From: Chiloscyllium plagiosum
Lineage: Eukaryota
NCBI RefSeq assembly: GCF_004010195.1
Contig: NC_057718.1
Location: 17,614,028-17,678,027, forward strand
Direction: 5' to 3'
DNA: 64,000 nt
The notes beneath the pieces were generated by a model. It did no database searches and was not told where the DNA came from. It saw only the letters and a list, made by a program, of their open reading frames with translations. Shown one piece after another: positions 39,576 to 52,831 of the stretch. How positions within the stretch are numbered: the stretch's first letter is position 1; each line of letters begins with the position of its first letter. The position numbers and the translations under genes are program-made.

Positions 39576-40152
39576 CTTGATGGCTGAACTGCATACTCCT
39601 GTTCCTATGCTACCACCATCCCATGCATCCAGCCCTGAATATTTCATAATTGCTGCTCTCACAAGTGCTGAGCCACATGAAGGCTGCCTTGGGTTGTGGT
39701 ACTGTTACTGAGCAGGCCTCGGATGCAGCAGGAGGTGAATTAGGATTTGTCTGAAAAAGCCTGCTATTTACTCAGCAAGTCCACAAACTCAAAATAAAAC
39801 CTTTGAATCAGCATATAACCAGTCAACAGAATTCTTATCCCTTCCACTTACCTGCGTGCCAAAGCACCTCGTCAGAGACTGTCTGCGAAACATAAAGGAT
39901 ACCTTTCCTGTACGAGTGATTAGTCAATTTGCTCCTCTTTGCTTAAGGGAGTTGAATAGGATCAAAGACCTTTCAGGAAAGGTGCCTTTGCTTAAGATGA
40001 CTATCTTAATTAACAGGAGAACAGACACTACAATTTTCCTTGGACCTCAGCGAAATGAGATTCACATTTGCTTGTGATAATTATTATCGTCTTCTTTAAG
40101 CTCAGCGCACCATCAGCTCAACATGCCAGGTAAAACCAATTAGCTTCCTTAC

Positions 40153-40274
40153 CCTTGCACTTGCAGATAAGACAGCCATAAATGTCTTGCTCAAATCCCA
40201 TTGGACAATACTTGTCACATGGACGCTCAGGGCACTTCTTGCAGCGACAGATATCGCAGCTATGTTTGTTCTTC
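40153..40274 (-). CDS. CRIM1: CRIM1 coding exon (~10), antistasin-like repeat; 122 nt, phase 2-1
   Basis: KNKHSCDICRCKKCPERPCDKYCPMGFEQDIYGCLICKCK; acceptor cctttaaaaacag|, donor |gtaagg; phase fits both neighbours. Confidence 0.96.
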
Positions 40275-41199
40275 CTGTTTTTAAAGGAGAAGGTATTGAA
40301 TAAAGTCATTCCCAACACGCAAGGCTGCCCATTGCTACAATTTAAGCAATACGCACATCTTACAAATCAGTCTGGCGACTTGCATTTTGGACTTATATTT
40401 CAATTGTTTTGCTCTGCGAGAAGCTCAGATACAAAGCTGTTTGTAATCCAGCTGCTGTTACTGGGATTCTGGCCAAGTGAAAGGTGGAAGGGGAAGATGT
40501 GTCCACTGGGAATGTGCTGACCTCATTCTGCCTGGAGGAATCCCGGGACACAATGAGGCAACAGGCAGCTTCCTGACCATGTGGTTGGTTTGTTCAATCT
40601 CAGCTGCAAGAGTCAATGGGGAGGTGGTGAATGAAGCCCCGCAACTAACTAAAAAACAAAAGAGGAGGAAACAGAGAGTGTGAAAGCCCAGCAGGCCATT
40701 CGGTCTATCAATCGTGTCCATGCAGACTCTTTGACAGAGCTATTGAAGTAGCTGCACTCCCTGACCCTTTCCTTCAGGGCTGCAGGTGTTTCCTTTTCAT
40801 TTTTAAGCATGTGTCCAATCCCCTTTCAGTAGTTGCTACTGAATCTGCTTCCAACGTACTTCCAGCCAGTGTGTTCCAGTGCAACAACTCAGTGGACAGT
40901 AAAACTTTCCTCATCTCCCATTTGTTGATTGTCCTGGATCTCTATTGAATGGTTCCTGAGTTGCCAAGCTTCTCCACCTCGCTATTTTGTTTTCCTCCTT
41001 TAAGTCGCTCCTTAAAATCGACCTCTTTGACCCAAGCTTTCGGTCAGCTGTTTCAATCTCTCCTTAGGTAGCTCATAATTTGTTGTCTACTGACCCAGCA
41101 AAGCACCTTATGATGTTTCATGAAGTAAAAGGCACTCTCCAAACTTAAGTTGTTGTTGGTGTTTTCTTCCTACCTATTTTTTCAAAACTCCTTCATTGC

Positions 41200-41885
41200 T
41201 CATGTACAGAAGAGTACAGAAAAGGCCCTTTGGCCCATCAGATCTTCACCCACATAAACACTACCATGAAATCTACACTCGTCCCAATTTCCAGGGCCTG
41301 GCCCACAGCCTTGAATGTTTTGACAAGTACTTTTTAAAGTTTGTATGGTGTCCTGTCTCAAGGACCCTCCTAGGCAGTGCATTCCAGATTCCTACCAGCC
41401 TCTGGGTGAAAAACATTTTCTTCAAATCCCTTTTAAATCTCCTGCCTTTCACCTTAAAATCCTGTCCATGTCCATCGTAACCTTACACACCTCTATCAGG
41501 TGCCCCCACACCAGCCTTCTCTGCTCAATGAAAACATCCCGAGCTTATCCAGCCTCTCATCATAGCTAAACTGCAAAACCCTAGGCAACATCTTGGTGAA
41601 TCTCCTTTGCACCCTCTTTAATGCAATCACACCTTCCTATCATGTGGTGACCAGAAACAAGACCAAAAGATGTAGGAGCAGAATTAGGCCATTCTGCCAA
41701 TCGTGGCTGATATGTTTTTCAATCCCATTCTCCTGCTTTCTCCCATAACCCTTGATCCCCTTTCCAATCAAGAATCTATCTATCTCTGTCTTAAATATAC
41801 TCAATGTCCTGGCCTTCACTGCCCTGTGCAGTAATAAATTGCACAGATTATCCACCCTCTAGCTGAAGAGATCTTCCTCATCTCA
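41200..41885 (-). mobile_element. Two adjacent decayed CR1 3' fragments
   Basis: LSIFKTEIDRFLIGKGIKGYG and CR1-like 3'UTR sequence. Confidence 0.75.
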
Positions 41886-41940
41886 GCTGTGAGAGCATGC
41901 AGTACTCTGTACTCCAGCTGTAGCCTAACCAAAGACCAGC

Positions 41941-42156
41941 TAGGTTGAAGTGAGTTCTGCAGATGCTGGAGATTAGAGTCAAGATTAGGGTGGTGCTGGC
42001 TCAGCTACTTTCCCCCCAGCCCCACCCCCTCCCATTTATCTCTCAAACCTGAGGCTCCCTGCCTCATTCCTGATGGAGGACTTTTGCCCGAAGCGTCGAT
42101 TTTCCTGCTCCTCGGATGCTGCCTGACTTGCTGTACTTTTCCAGCACCACTATAAT
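41941..42156. mobile_element. Inverted PLE pLTR insertion with decayed hammerhead
   Basis: TSD cctaaccaaa(g/c)acca at 41924-41938 and 42157-42171; mutated core CTGATGG...GAAG-CGTC at 42070-42097. Confidence 0.75.
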
Positions 42157-43118
42157 CCTAACCAAACACCAATACAACTTGCTCTTATGATCTATGCCAC
42201 AACTGATAAAGTCATACTTTTAAACACCTCTCTTAAATCTCTCCCTAGGAAACAATTCAGATAAAAATTTACTTAGCTCTGTTGGTATAAAGCCCCACAC
42301 AAGTGTTTAAGAACCGGAAATTGTAAGTAGTGGAGGAAATTTCATTTATTTAAAAATGGGAAATGAACAAAATATTAACGAATTTGGAGAAACAAGAGAG
42401 GAAAGATTTAAAGGGGACCTGAGGGACAACCTTTTCATACAGAGGGTGGCGTGTGTATGGAATGAATACTAGTTCAGTTTAAGATATCTGGTCGGCATGG
42501 ATGAGTTCGACTGTAAGGTCGGTTTCCGTGCTGTATGACTCTGATTTGCAACATCAGTACCCCTTAAATGCTTTTATTTAATCTGAAAGAATAGGATTGA
42601 TTTTGGCAAGATTTTCCTTCCAGGTTTAATAAGACCAATTGGAGGAGTTACTGATTATATCAGCGTAAACGAAATGGATTAATGTCAATATAGAAGTTGT
42701 AATTGCATTAATAATGTGAAAATACTTAAGTGATTGTGTCATTTCAACTAGGGGATTGGGTAACTCAAGGGTACAGGCTAGTTCAATTGGATGTAAAATC
42801 ACACCGAATAGCATGGGTGCGATTCCTTTACTGATTGAAGTCATGCCTACCCAACTGTGTCCCTTGCCTGTGATGTAGTGAACCTCAGGTTTAGAGCCAC
42901 CACCATCGTCTCACTGCTGACAGAGTAGCCCTATGGTTTTCTGAGACTATGGTGACCTTACATTTCAACTGCATTTGCTGATCTGACTCTCACAGTCAGA
43001 CTCAGAAACTTTTCAGAGCAGATCCTCTCTACTTCAGTCTAAATGGAGAATTTGGCCAAGGGTCTCACTCTTAATAGGTGTGGCATGAGAGTCACAGGTT
43101 AGGCCAGCATCTACTGCC

Positions 43119-43238
43119 AGGAGAAAGTGAGGATTGCAGATGCTGGAGATCAGAGTCAAAATGTGTGGCACTGGAAAAGCACAGCAGGTCAGGCAGCATC
43201 TGAGAGACATTTCGGGCATAAGCCCTTCATCAGGAATC
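43119..43238 (-). mobile_element. PLE pLTR fragment with hammerhead core, inserted in an older SINE
   Basis: Minus strand CTGATGA-a-GGGC-ttat-GCCC-GAAA-T-GTC at 43206-43233; 3' strand of stem I deleted; imperfect cagcat..tact duplication on the flanks. Confidence 0.75.
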
Positions 43239-44329
43239 AGCATTTTACTTCCCTTGGGCAGGTGGTGCTGAGCTGTCTTGGTGAACAATTGCAGTCCATG
43301 TGGTGATGGGAACATTCAGAGTGCTACCTTTATGTTTCTGTGTATAGAAGCTTGGCTTGCTTGGCCATTTCAGAGAGTGTTTAAGAGTCAACCTCATTGC
43401 TGCAGTTCTGGGGTTATATGTTGGCCACACTGGTACAGGAGGGCAGATTAAGGAACCAGCTAATTTTTGCTTGGTTCCATGAACATTATTAGTTAGAAAG
43501 CAATTTATTCCAGATTTTTGAATTATTGCCTTTATGATATCCTAGAAGCCTTGGTGGGATTTGAACTTGTGACTGAGTATTTGTTGGCCCTCAGGATTAT
43601 TAACCCAGTAAACATGACCAATATACTACTGTCCTTCTGATCACATTCCAGTGAGCCCATGCAAAAGCAGAAGTGTGTATGCTGATAGAGGAGAGAGCAT
43701 GATTAAGCTTGATTGCAATGGCATTAACAGATGTGCAGCATGCCAACATACCATTCTTGGAAATGACTGGATTGCTGTAAACAGCACGCTTTTCTCAGAG
43801 AAGGCTGTATCGCACAACTGTCCCCTGTCTCAGGCTTCTACTCCCGTATCTGTGAATCTTAACTTCTCCCTGAATCACAGACGTTCACTTCAACATTCAG
43901 ATATTATCAAACCACTGCTTGCGATCGCAGTGTTGATAGCAGTAATGTCTGCTAAAATGTTTTGCTTTCTTTTGCAGATCCAATGGAATCCAAAATATTC
44001 AACAAAAAATCTTTCCACCTCATTGAGAAAAGAGAAATGTTCTTGTGATGGTTCAGTGAGTAAATGTACAACATGGTGTGACACGGATCTTTCCAGACCA
44101 GGCAAGTCCGAAGTTTCATCCCTGCTGTATGCTCAGTGAGCTGATTATATCTGGGACACCAATAACACACGGATTTGAAGATATTACAGAGCAATAATAA
44201 AGAGCCAGGAGCTTGTTACAGGTCAGTAACACTTAGCTTGGGGCCTGTTGAAGGCAATACTTGCTACACCATAATAACAGTGGATCATGCTGTAGTGAGA
44301 CATTTGCTTCATGGGAAAGTGCCACCTAC

Positions 44330-44710
44330 AGTCATAGAGATATACAGCATGGAAACGGACCCTTCAGCACAACCTGTCCATGTCGACTAGATATCCTAAA
44401 TTGATCTAGTACCATTTACCAACGCTTGGCCCATATCCCTCTAAACCATTCCTATTTACACACCAAGATGCCTTTTGGATGTTGTAATTGTACCAGCCTC
44501 CATCACTTCCACTGGCAGCTCATTCCATATGCGTACCACCCTCTGTGTGAAAAGTTGCCCCTCAGGTCCCTCTGAAATCTTTCCTCTCTCACCTAAAACC
44601 TGAGCCCTCAAGATTTGGACTCCCCTACCCTGGCAAAAAGAACTTGTCTATTCACTCTATCCGTCATCTCATGAATTTATAAACTGCTATGAGGTCACCC
44701 CTCAGCCTTC
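44330..44710 (-). mobile_element. CR1 3' fragment (small + strand piece also at ~42385-42543)
   Basis: Similar to the 53115 copy. Confidence 0.85.
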
Positions 44711-44756
44711 ATCTTAAAGTTAATTATGGATCTCCCAGAGCATGGCTGACAGTAAT

Positions 44757-45360
44757 AACAACAACAACAATGTGTATTTATTTATGTGGCACCTTTTAAT
44801 GATGGAATTAATGAGGCAGTTCACAAGAGTGTACTGAAATAAAGTATGGCACTGAGTGACTCAATGAAATGTGAGGCCAGATGACCAAAAACTTGGTTAA
44901 TGGGGAGAACATTGAGATGGAGAGACAGAAAGGTTTTATAGAGGGAATTCTGGGTCTTAAGGTCTAGTCAACTGAAAGCACAGATGGAATGGTTAAAATT
45001 TGGGATGTTCAAGAGGCCAGAAGCAGAGGAGATTAGATTAAATGTCTCAGAGGCTGATGAGGCTGTACTCCATTGGAGAAATGGGTATCAGCGAGGGATT
45101 CGAAAATATGACTGAGAGTTTTTAAATTAACACCTCAATTGACTTGGTCAATGTAGGTCAGCGAGCACTGGGCTGATGGGGGAACAGGACTTGCTGCGAG
45201 CTATGACACTGGCAACAAAGGTTTGGAAAGCCTGAAGTTGATGGAATGTGGGAGACAATCTGGGAGTACACTGGAGTGGTCAAGCCGAGAGGTAGCAAAG
45301 TCTTTCATCCGCAGATGAGTTGAGGTGGGGGTCAAGGCTACGCAGACTTATGGAGGTGGG
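44757..45360 (-). mobile_element. L2-type LINE 3' fragment; others at ~7780-8045 (-), 24340-24520 (-), 36860-37110 (+) and 40965-41160 (+)
   Basis: Shared 3' end ..ctctggaattc(c/t)ctc..tttgacc(a)agc..ggtgc.at..aaat..a.gttgttgtt, recognised as an L2-like tail. Confidence 0.65.
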
Positions 45361-46687
45361 AATACTTGACAAAATTTAATGCAGGCTGGCAGTGGTCTCG
45401 GCTGACATTGGACAGCCAATGCTTTGCTATTTTTCAGGAAGGCTTGGCATAGTAGGTGCCAGGTGGGCACTTAACAAGGCAGCAATGGGCCTGATCCTCA
45501 GAATGATAGCTCCCCCACTCCCAGAGGGGAGGTCCTCCTGGCAAACTTCTGGCAGTTCTTCACTGGGTAGCAGCTGGTAATATACTGTCCCTATGCCCAA
45601 AACCACTGAGGAACTGGAGCCACAGATGATGGCATGGGGGAGGGAAGTGAGGCAGCAATGGTGAAAGACCCCCCTCGCCCTTCCCCTTCCCCCATCTCTG
45701 TCGCACCATTTCCAATGTCATCTCCCTCGGTCACGCCCCCACTGGCTACCCCGCTGGACAAGCCGGACAGAGCTTGTTTCTCAGGTGTCCAGCATGGCAA
45801 ATCCCTGGCCTGTTGCTGGGGGAGCAATGGCAGTGAAGGGTGAGGCCCTGAGGCAAGTTATAGATGACCCCAGAACAGCCTGAATGAAGAGACTACGGGT
45901 GGGAAGTTCCCAGCCAATGAAATGCTTCCCTTGGATGCAAACATGCCTCCAAGGAGCATTAAATTCCTCTCTCTTAGATAGCACACACAGTTTTACTACC
46001 ATTACACTCTGGATCATACAATGTCTTTCCTGCCAGCTGAGATGGAATTGTGTTTTTGTTACATTCACAAACTCCAAATTCTCTAAATACATTGGCTTGA
46101 GATAAATAGCAGAAGCAGGCTTAGGAGATGGAAGAGGCCAGAAAGAAATGACTACTTTTTTAAAAAAGACGTAACACTTACTTTTGACATATACATTCAA
46201 CTTTAACCACAGTTCCATCATTCTACGTCTAATTTGTTGCCGTTTAGTGAAAATAAGTCGATTAACTCTGAGTGTGATCTTCATTTCCATGTGTGAGCTG
46301 AGTTACAGAAGGCACCCAGCACTTACAGGGCTCTGTGAATCAGTAGATATAAAACAGAGCTAGCTATGACACGGGGAAAGCTGAACAAGGGGGAATCGTT
46401 AAGATGCGGGAGATGCAAAACGTAATTGAAAATCACTGCAAATTTGTTTAAGAGACCCCAAATGGATCTCAGTTTTAGAAACTGAAACAGACAAGAGTTC
46501 ACTCTAATTTGTGGACCATCACAAATTGGGAAATTGTGTAGCAATGTCTGAATGACAGATTGTACAACATGTGGCCAGTCTGAAGGCATTGATGTCAATT
46601 AATTAATTAATTAATGCCATTAATGCCCAAGCTCTGTAATGATTGGTGCAGACAGGTTAACATCACTAAGAAAGTAGCTGTACTTAC

Positions 46688-46844
46688 ATGTATCCGAAAG
46701 GACAGTATTTGTCACAAACCACAGGCTTGCATTTCTTTGGCCGTGTGCGGCACTGGCAGATCTCACAGCCGTGTACGTCAGTCTGCAGGCCAAATGGACA
46801 GTCCAGGCCACAGCCCGATATGAGCCCTGTGCACAGCTCTTCTC
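46688..46844 (-). CDS. CRIM1: CRIM1 coding exon (~9), antistasin-like repeats; 157 nt, phase 1-2
   Basis: REELCTGLISGCGLDCPFGLQTDVHGCEICQCRTRPKKCKPVVCDKYCPFGY(M); acceptor ctttccccag|, donor |gtaagt. Confidence 0.96.
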
Positions 46845-48197
46845 CTGGGGAAAGAAAAAAGACCAAAGTCATCTTAGATTCTGCACTATCCAGATGCAGC
46901 TGAAAGAAAGAGCTGAAAACAAATTTGTATGGTGCCTTTCACCACCTCAGGACTCTTGCAGTAGGATCTGTAGCCACCAGTGGGGGCAGCCACCATTCAC
47001 TAGTGCTATATTGGCACCATTCCACCTCAGGGCCCTTTAACTATTGGTAGAATGGGGTGTGGGCAGCAGGGCTACTGTACCCAAGAAACAGGGATTCAAT
47101 TAAAATCCATAAAGGTCTGCTGTCTGCAGCCAAATGTATCCTGCTGCTTGGTCAGTGCTGGAAAGCCTCCTATTGGCCCTTCAACTTTGGGTAGGTGTCC
47201 ACTATCCCCGAACTGGACGGCGAGCCCTCCCCCCAGCCACCAACTGGTCCATTTCAGGGACAATCTGTTGTTATTATGGAACAATGTGTTCTGTCATTTG
47301 GCAGCGTATCCTTAGGAAACTAGATCTGGTGGGCCACTAAAAGCTCCAACTGGTGTCCAGCTGTATTTTGAAAAAGGAAATGGAGCTGTTCTGTTGGTTT
47401 GGAATCCCACCTGCCCACATGGTCACTTGAGTGGGGGAGGGGCTGGTGCCTAGTCTTGTGAAGTTGTAATTCCAGAAAGTTGTGCATGTCCCATTGCAGT
47501 AAATGAACTACTTTCAAAGGTTTTCCATCTTGTGCTGGGAATGATGGCCAGACTCTTTGAATCAGCAAAGTCCCACAGATAGCAACTGGTAATCTGTGCT
47601 GCTGGCCTTGGTCTAGGGACTAATGTTGGCTAAACATGGGGAGAACTGTCTGCTCATTTGCAAAGAGTGGGATTGGGTATTTTGAGCTGATGGGTCTCCC
47701 ATTTCATTTCTGTGGCTGACCTACACAATGATCTTTCCCCTGATCATCCCTGCAAGGTTTCTTGCCAACCCTTCACTGAACAAACTATACCATTAATGTT
47801 AAACACTCATGATGTGGGAACACAGCAGAACAGCCGCACTGTGTTCAACCTTGTCAGATAGCTGATGTACTGATCCATTGTGGAATACAGACCTGTCACC
47901 CCTTTCACTGAGAAGGAGAAGGTCAGGCTGGTGAGCAGGTGCAGCCTCCAAGTCACACACCCTTCTGACTTGGACTGATTATGCCATTAATTTCTCAGTT
48001 TATGGTCAAAATCCTGGAACTTGCTCTCCCATATACCAGTGTACTTATACCACACAGACACCAGTGATTCAAGAAGTCAGCTCACAATCATCTTTTTAAG
48101 GGCATGTAGGAATGAGCAATAAACGCCACCTTGCCAGTGACACACACATCTCATGTATGAATGATACAGCAATATGTGAATGCAATGCTTTGCTTTT

Positions 48198-48503
48198 TAG
48201 ATTCCATACAGTGTGGAAACAGGCCCTTCAGCCCAACCAGTCCACACTGACCCTCCGAACAGTAACCCACCCAGACCCATTTCCCTTGACTAATGCACCT
48301 AACACTATGGGCAATTTAGCATGGCCAATTCACCTGACCTGCACATCCTTGGACTGTGGGAGGAAACGGGAGCACCCAGAGGAAACCCACGCAGACACGG
48401 GGACAATGTGCAAACTCCACCCAGACAGTCGCCCGAGGCTGGAATTGAACCCGTGGCCCTGGTGCTATGAGGCAGCAGTGCTAACCACTGAACCACTGTG
48501 CCG
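48198..48503 (-). mobile_element. tRNA-derived SINE, same family (3' fragment also at 56329-56416)
   Basis: Reverse complement of the 16219 copy. Confidence 0.9.
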
Positions 48504-49934
48504 AACAGAATAAAGCCATTTCCTAATTTGGCTGACATTTTGTTTGTAGAATGATACCACTGTAGTGTACAGTGTAGAGGATGCACAGCACCAACAATTA
48601 CACATCTTTTACCATGGAGAATGACACCAGGAGCAACCTTGATATCACCAACACCAACAGGTTCCTCCTCCTGTGATGTAGCCTGGAATTCCCCATCTAA
48701 CACGATCACAGAAACAGCATCCTCCTATGTTCTGCAGCAGATCAATGGGAAATCTCACCAACACCCGATCAGGACTTGAGATAGCCAACACAAAATCCGG
48801 GAGTAGACCTTTTAAATAAAAAGAGTTCGTCCTTTCTGAAGGAGGGTCACTGGATTTGAAATGTTAGCTCTGCTTTCTCTCCACAGATGCTGCTAGACCT
48901 ATTGAGTTTCTCCAGGAATTTCTGGTTTTGTTTTGGATTTCCAGCATCCGAAGTTCTTTGGCTTTTGTTTTATCCATCCTTTCTCTACCTTGTCTCTTTC
49001 ACCAAATGCTGACATCCTGACTTACCGCGCTCATCGTTTTGAATCACCATCATACCAAGAGATGTCAGGAATTGGCTGCTTACCTTCAATAGCTTATTCA
49101 CTTTAAGGATTAGAAAAAAAGACTCCTTTTGACTGTACAGTCTCAATGGTCGGGCAAATATGTTAAACATACTAAAGCATTTTTTTTTGAAAAAAAAAGA
49201 AAAAATAACGCACCTTTGATCATTTAGTTATAGCCCTGACCCAAATGTTTATAATGATTCTGCTTTTAACGACCTGCCAACAGGCCAATTAGCAAAATAC
49301 ACAGTGGGAAGACACATTTTCCATAACAATGTGGCAAATGGAATTTTTATTGGCTCTTTGAAGCTGGCTCATCATACAAAAACATTCCAGCTTTGGGTAA
49401 TGTGCAACCTGAAAAGCAGTTATTATCCTCTGTTTGCAGGAAGGAGAGGCAGGACTAAACACGACAAGAAAAAGAAAGCCTGAGGTGGGGGTGGGTTTTC
49501 AGGAAAAGTGCTCCTTTCTCTATAAATTAACAGTGGAAGAAAAGCCAACAGCTTCTCTTCAGCAAGTTTGTGAAATATTTAACCAGCTTCCATGTGCTCC
49601 TGGAACTACTGGAGTAGTTCTTGTGTGTGTTTACATTGTGGAGGTGAATGTTTCCTCTATATTTTTTCACACTTCCTCTCGCCTTGCCAAAGCTCTATGC
49701 AGGCTCATTGACCAGCTTCCAATATCTGTCCCTGTGATCAAGCATGCTGTGTCAACAAGGTGTTTGACCACAAGGGCAGTTGAACTCAATGGCTTTCTTA
49801 TCCAGTTGTGCTCTGGGTTGGTTTATTACCTTAAGAAGCAGCAACCTGGCACAACAGTCTCCTCCCTTGCAGAGAGAGCTCGGAACAATTGCAGCACCGC
49901 TACTGGGGTCAACCAAGGTGATGCATTTCAATCA

Positions 49935-50740
49935 GAAGAACACAGAAAGACAACACAAAAGTAGGGGTGGTGTTGGAACAGGCAGATCTGGGTGAATATA
50001 TGCAGAGATCACTGAAGGTAGCAGGACCAGTGGAGAGAGCAGTTAAGAAAGCATACAGTATCCTCAGCTTTATTAACAGGGGCATAGAGTACCAGAGCAA
50101 AGAGATGATGTTGAACTTGAATAAGACATTTGTTAGATGTCAGCTGGCATATGGTTGTACAAATCCAGGAGCCACCTTATAGTAAGGATGTGAATGCATT
50201 GGAAAGAGTGCAGAAGCAATTTACAAGATAGGCTCCAGGACTGAGAAACTTCAGCTATGTGGATAATTCGAAGAAATTGTTATCCTTAGAGAGAAGAAGG
50301 CTGAGAGGAGAGATCTGATAAAGGTTTTTAAAATCCTGAGGGAGCTTGATAGGGGAGGTTAGGAGAAGCCGCCACACTCTTACAAAGATCAAGAGCCAGA
50401 AGGCATGGATTTGAAGTAATTTGCAAAAGAAGCAAAAGTGAGGTTAGAAAATACTTTTTTCACAGGGAGTTGTTAAGGTGTGGAATGCACTGCCTGGATG
50501 TACGGTGGAGGCAGGTTCAAGTGAGACATTCAAGAGGACCTTGGATGATCATCTGGAGAGGAACAATGTGTAAGGCTGGATGTAAATTTGCTCAGTGAGC
50601 TACAAATCTTCTCAAAACTCGCTAATGTGTAAAGCTATTGGGGGAGAAAAAGCAGGAAAGTGGGACTAGCTAATGATACTCATTGGAGTCTGTGCAGACA
50701 GAATGGGCTAATGGTCTCCTTCAATATTACAATACTTCTT
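49935..50740 (+). mobile_element. Decayed CR1 3' fragment
   Basis: RSLKVAGPVERAVKKAYSILSFINRGIEYQSKEMMLNLNKT. Confidence 0.85.
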
Positions 50741-51868
50741 TGCTTCTGAGTTAATGTAAAACATTAACATGAGCTTGCGAGTGCCATCGTTTCACAGTTA
50801 CTCATTGGATAAATCACTGAATCATTTCAGAATCCTGTTTTGCTCTTTCTTCTCACAATTCTTTTTATGCTTTGCTTCTCCTTAATTGTTAAAAGGGACA
50901 AGTTGGACTCTCGTTGTGCAGGCACTACTATAGATCTTCAATTCTCCGAACAGCACAGAAACCCAGAGTAACCTCTCCTCCCTGATAAGTTGATGCTCTG
51001 ACCTAATCAGGAGAGTTCCCTAGAGAGGCTCCATTGTACAGTAGAAAGCTATGAAAATATTGACTATACTAAAAAAAAGTACTCCATTGGCTGAAAAGTG
51101 CTTTGCAGAGTCTGGAGTTTGTGGTAAGGTAATTACTTATAATCAATGAAGAGTTATATGAATCTCCTTCTATCAGACAGAAACAATTGCTTATGTACAG
51201 CCTGAGGAACACCACTTGCCAAGTATGAGGCAAGAGGCTATATAAATGCAAGATCTTTCTGACCTTGAGAGTCACCATAGCCTCCTAGTATCGGACATCA
51301 GGAATGCAAACACAGGCACTCAGGGGCACATGGGATATTTCCTGTTGGTGCTGTCACCTGTGCAGCAGGGCAAAGAGACTCAACATTTACTTTTCACTTT
51401 CAAAGCATAAATACACGGAATGACGCACATGGAAGAGCTGCAGTTCCTTTCAATCAGATTACATGAAGGAACACCAATGGAAAATGAGAAAAAAGAAGCA
51501 TTTTCCTGGCTCTGGGCCAGGCAATTGTGTTTTCTAAAAAAAAAGTGTATTTCCCTGCTAGCCTGAATCCAGACGGCAAAACTGTTATAAATTGAAAATG
51601 TCATGGACAACACTGCAATATGATAAATACTTCCACTTGTGTGGCTGCCATAACCTACTTGTGAATCATTTGCATCAACCTCACTTCTGGAGATATTTAT
51701 CATATCACACAAGAGGAAGTCCTATTTATAAAGCTTTTCAGTAGTTTCAGGTGGTAATGCTGACTAATCCAGGCCTTGTTGCTATGTGTGGCACACGCAG
51801 ACACACATGCAGCTAAGTGACTCAAACAGCAGACAGATGTTAAGCAGAATGACAAATGCAGTACTCAC

Positions 51869-51997
51869 TGGTTTTGCACTGACATGTGTGGCATCCACTG
51901 TAGTCCAGCTTGAAGCCATAGATACAATCTCTTTCAGTCAGGGTGCAGTTGATCAGCAGCTCGCATGTCGGGGGCCCAATGGTGATGTATGTTGGCT
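51869..51997 (-). CDS. CRIM1: CRIM1 coding exon (probably exon 8), antistasin-like repeat; 129 nt, phase 1-1
   Basis: Translates EPTYITIGPPTCELLINCTLTERDCIYGFKLDYSGCHTCQCKT, matching CRIM1 as recalled. Acceptor ttgctgcag|AG, donor A|gtgagt. Exon numbers assume a 17-exon gene counted back from the stop. Confidence 0.95.
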
Positions 51998-52831
51998 CTG
52001 CAGCAATGAAGGAAAGGCAGATTAGAGAGAGAGAGAAAGAGAGACGACAGAGAGTTGGGGAAGGAGTGTTGGAAAATCTCAGGTAGATCACTCATCTTCA
52101 TAGCCAGCTTGGGTTATTTGGCAGAGCTCAAATTCTGGGATCAGAAAGTTCCAAGTTCAAACAGATAATTTAGGCTTTGCAGCATTAAAGCAAAGCTCCA
52201 TTGCTTGAGGCGATTTTTGGGATGAGATGTTAAAGAGATGAGATGAGGTGTTACTTGCTTGCACCAGTGGTTCTTAACGATTCCGAAGAGAGCAGGGATG
52301 TTCCTCAATATCAACAATGCAATCTAAACCACCAACATCCATGAGATAACCCAGTCATCTCACTGCCTGCTTATGAGCTATTTCTGGAGCAGAATGCTTT
52401 TGTATCTACCTGCAACAATCACTGCTCTTTGAAACTAATTAACTGCATAAAGTACTTTGAGACATTTCAAAGTGATAAAACTATCAGTGAAAGTTTTTTG
52501 AAAGTTTAATTGCATTTACACTCACTTAAGATAACAAGCCAATATTCTGTAAAGATGCATAATTTATTCGGAAGCACTTCCTTTCACACTGTGTCTGAGT
52601 TATTTATCTTGAACATTTAATACTATTTTTTCACTACTTCCATTTGTGGAGGCCTATTCTTTGCTCATTTCTACAGCTGACTATACACAGACTGTATAAT
52701 TGGGCTGCAAGTGAGGAAGAGCAAAGATCTCCATTCAAATATTTTGATTTTGGAAGTTTCCCTTCACTGTTCATACGTTTCCGGTAACCATTTGATTATA
52801 CTCTTGTTACAACGCCTTCTGGAACTGTTTA

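Noticed and set aside
43651..44139. 162-aa ORF (also 49434-49964, 45781-46290 and 58752-59270)
   Set aside because: No recognisable domain or splice support; consistent with chance ORFs or repeat-derived frames
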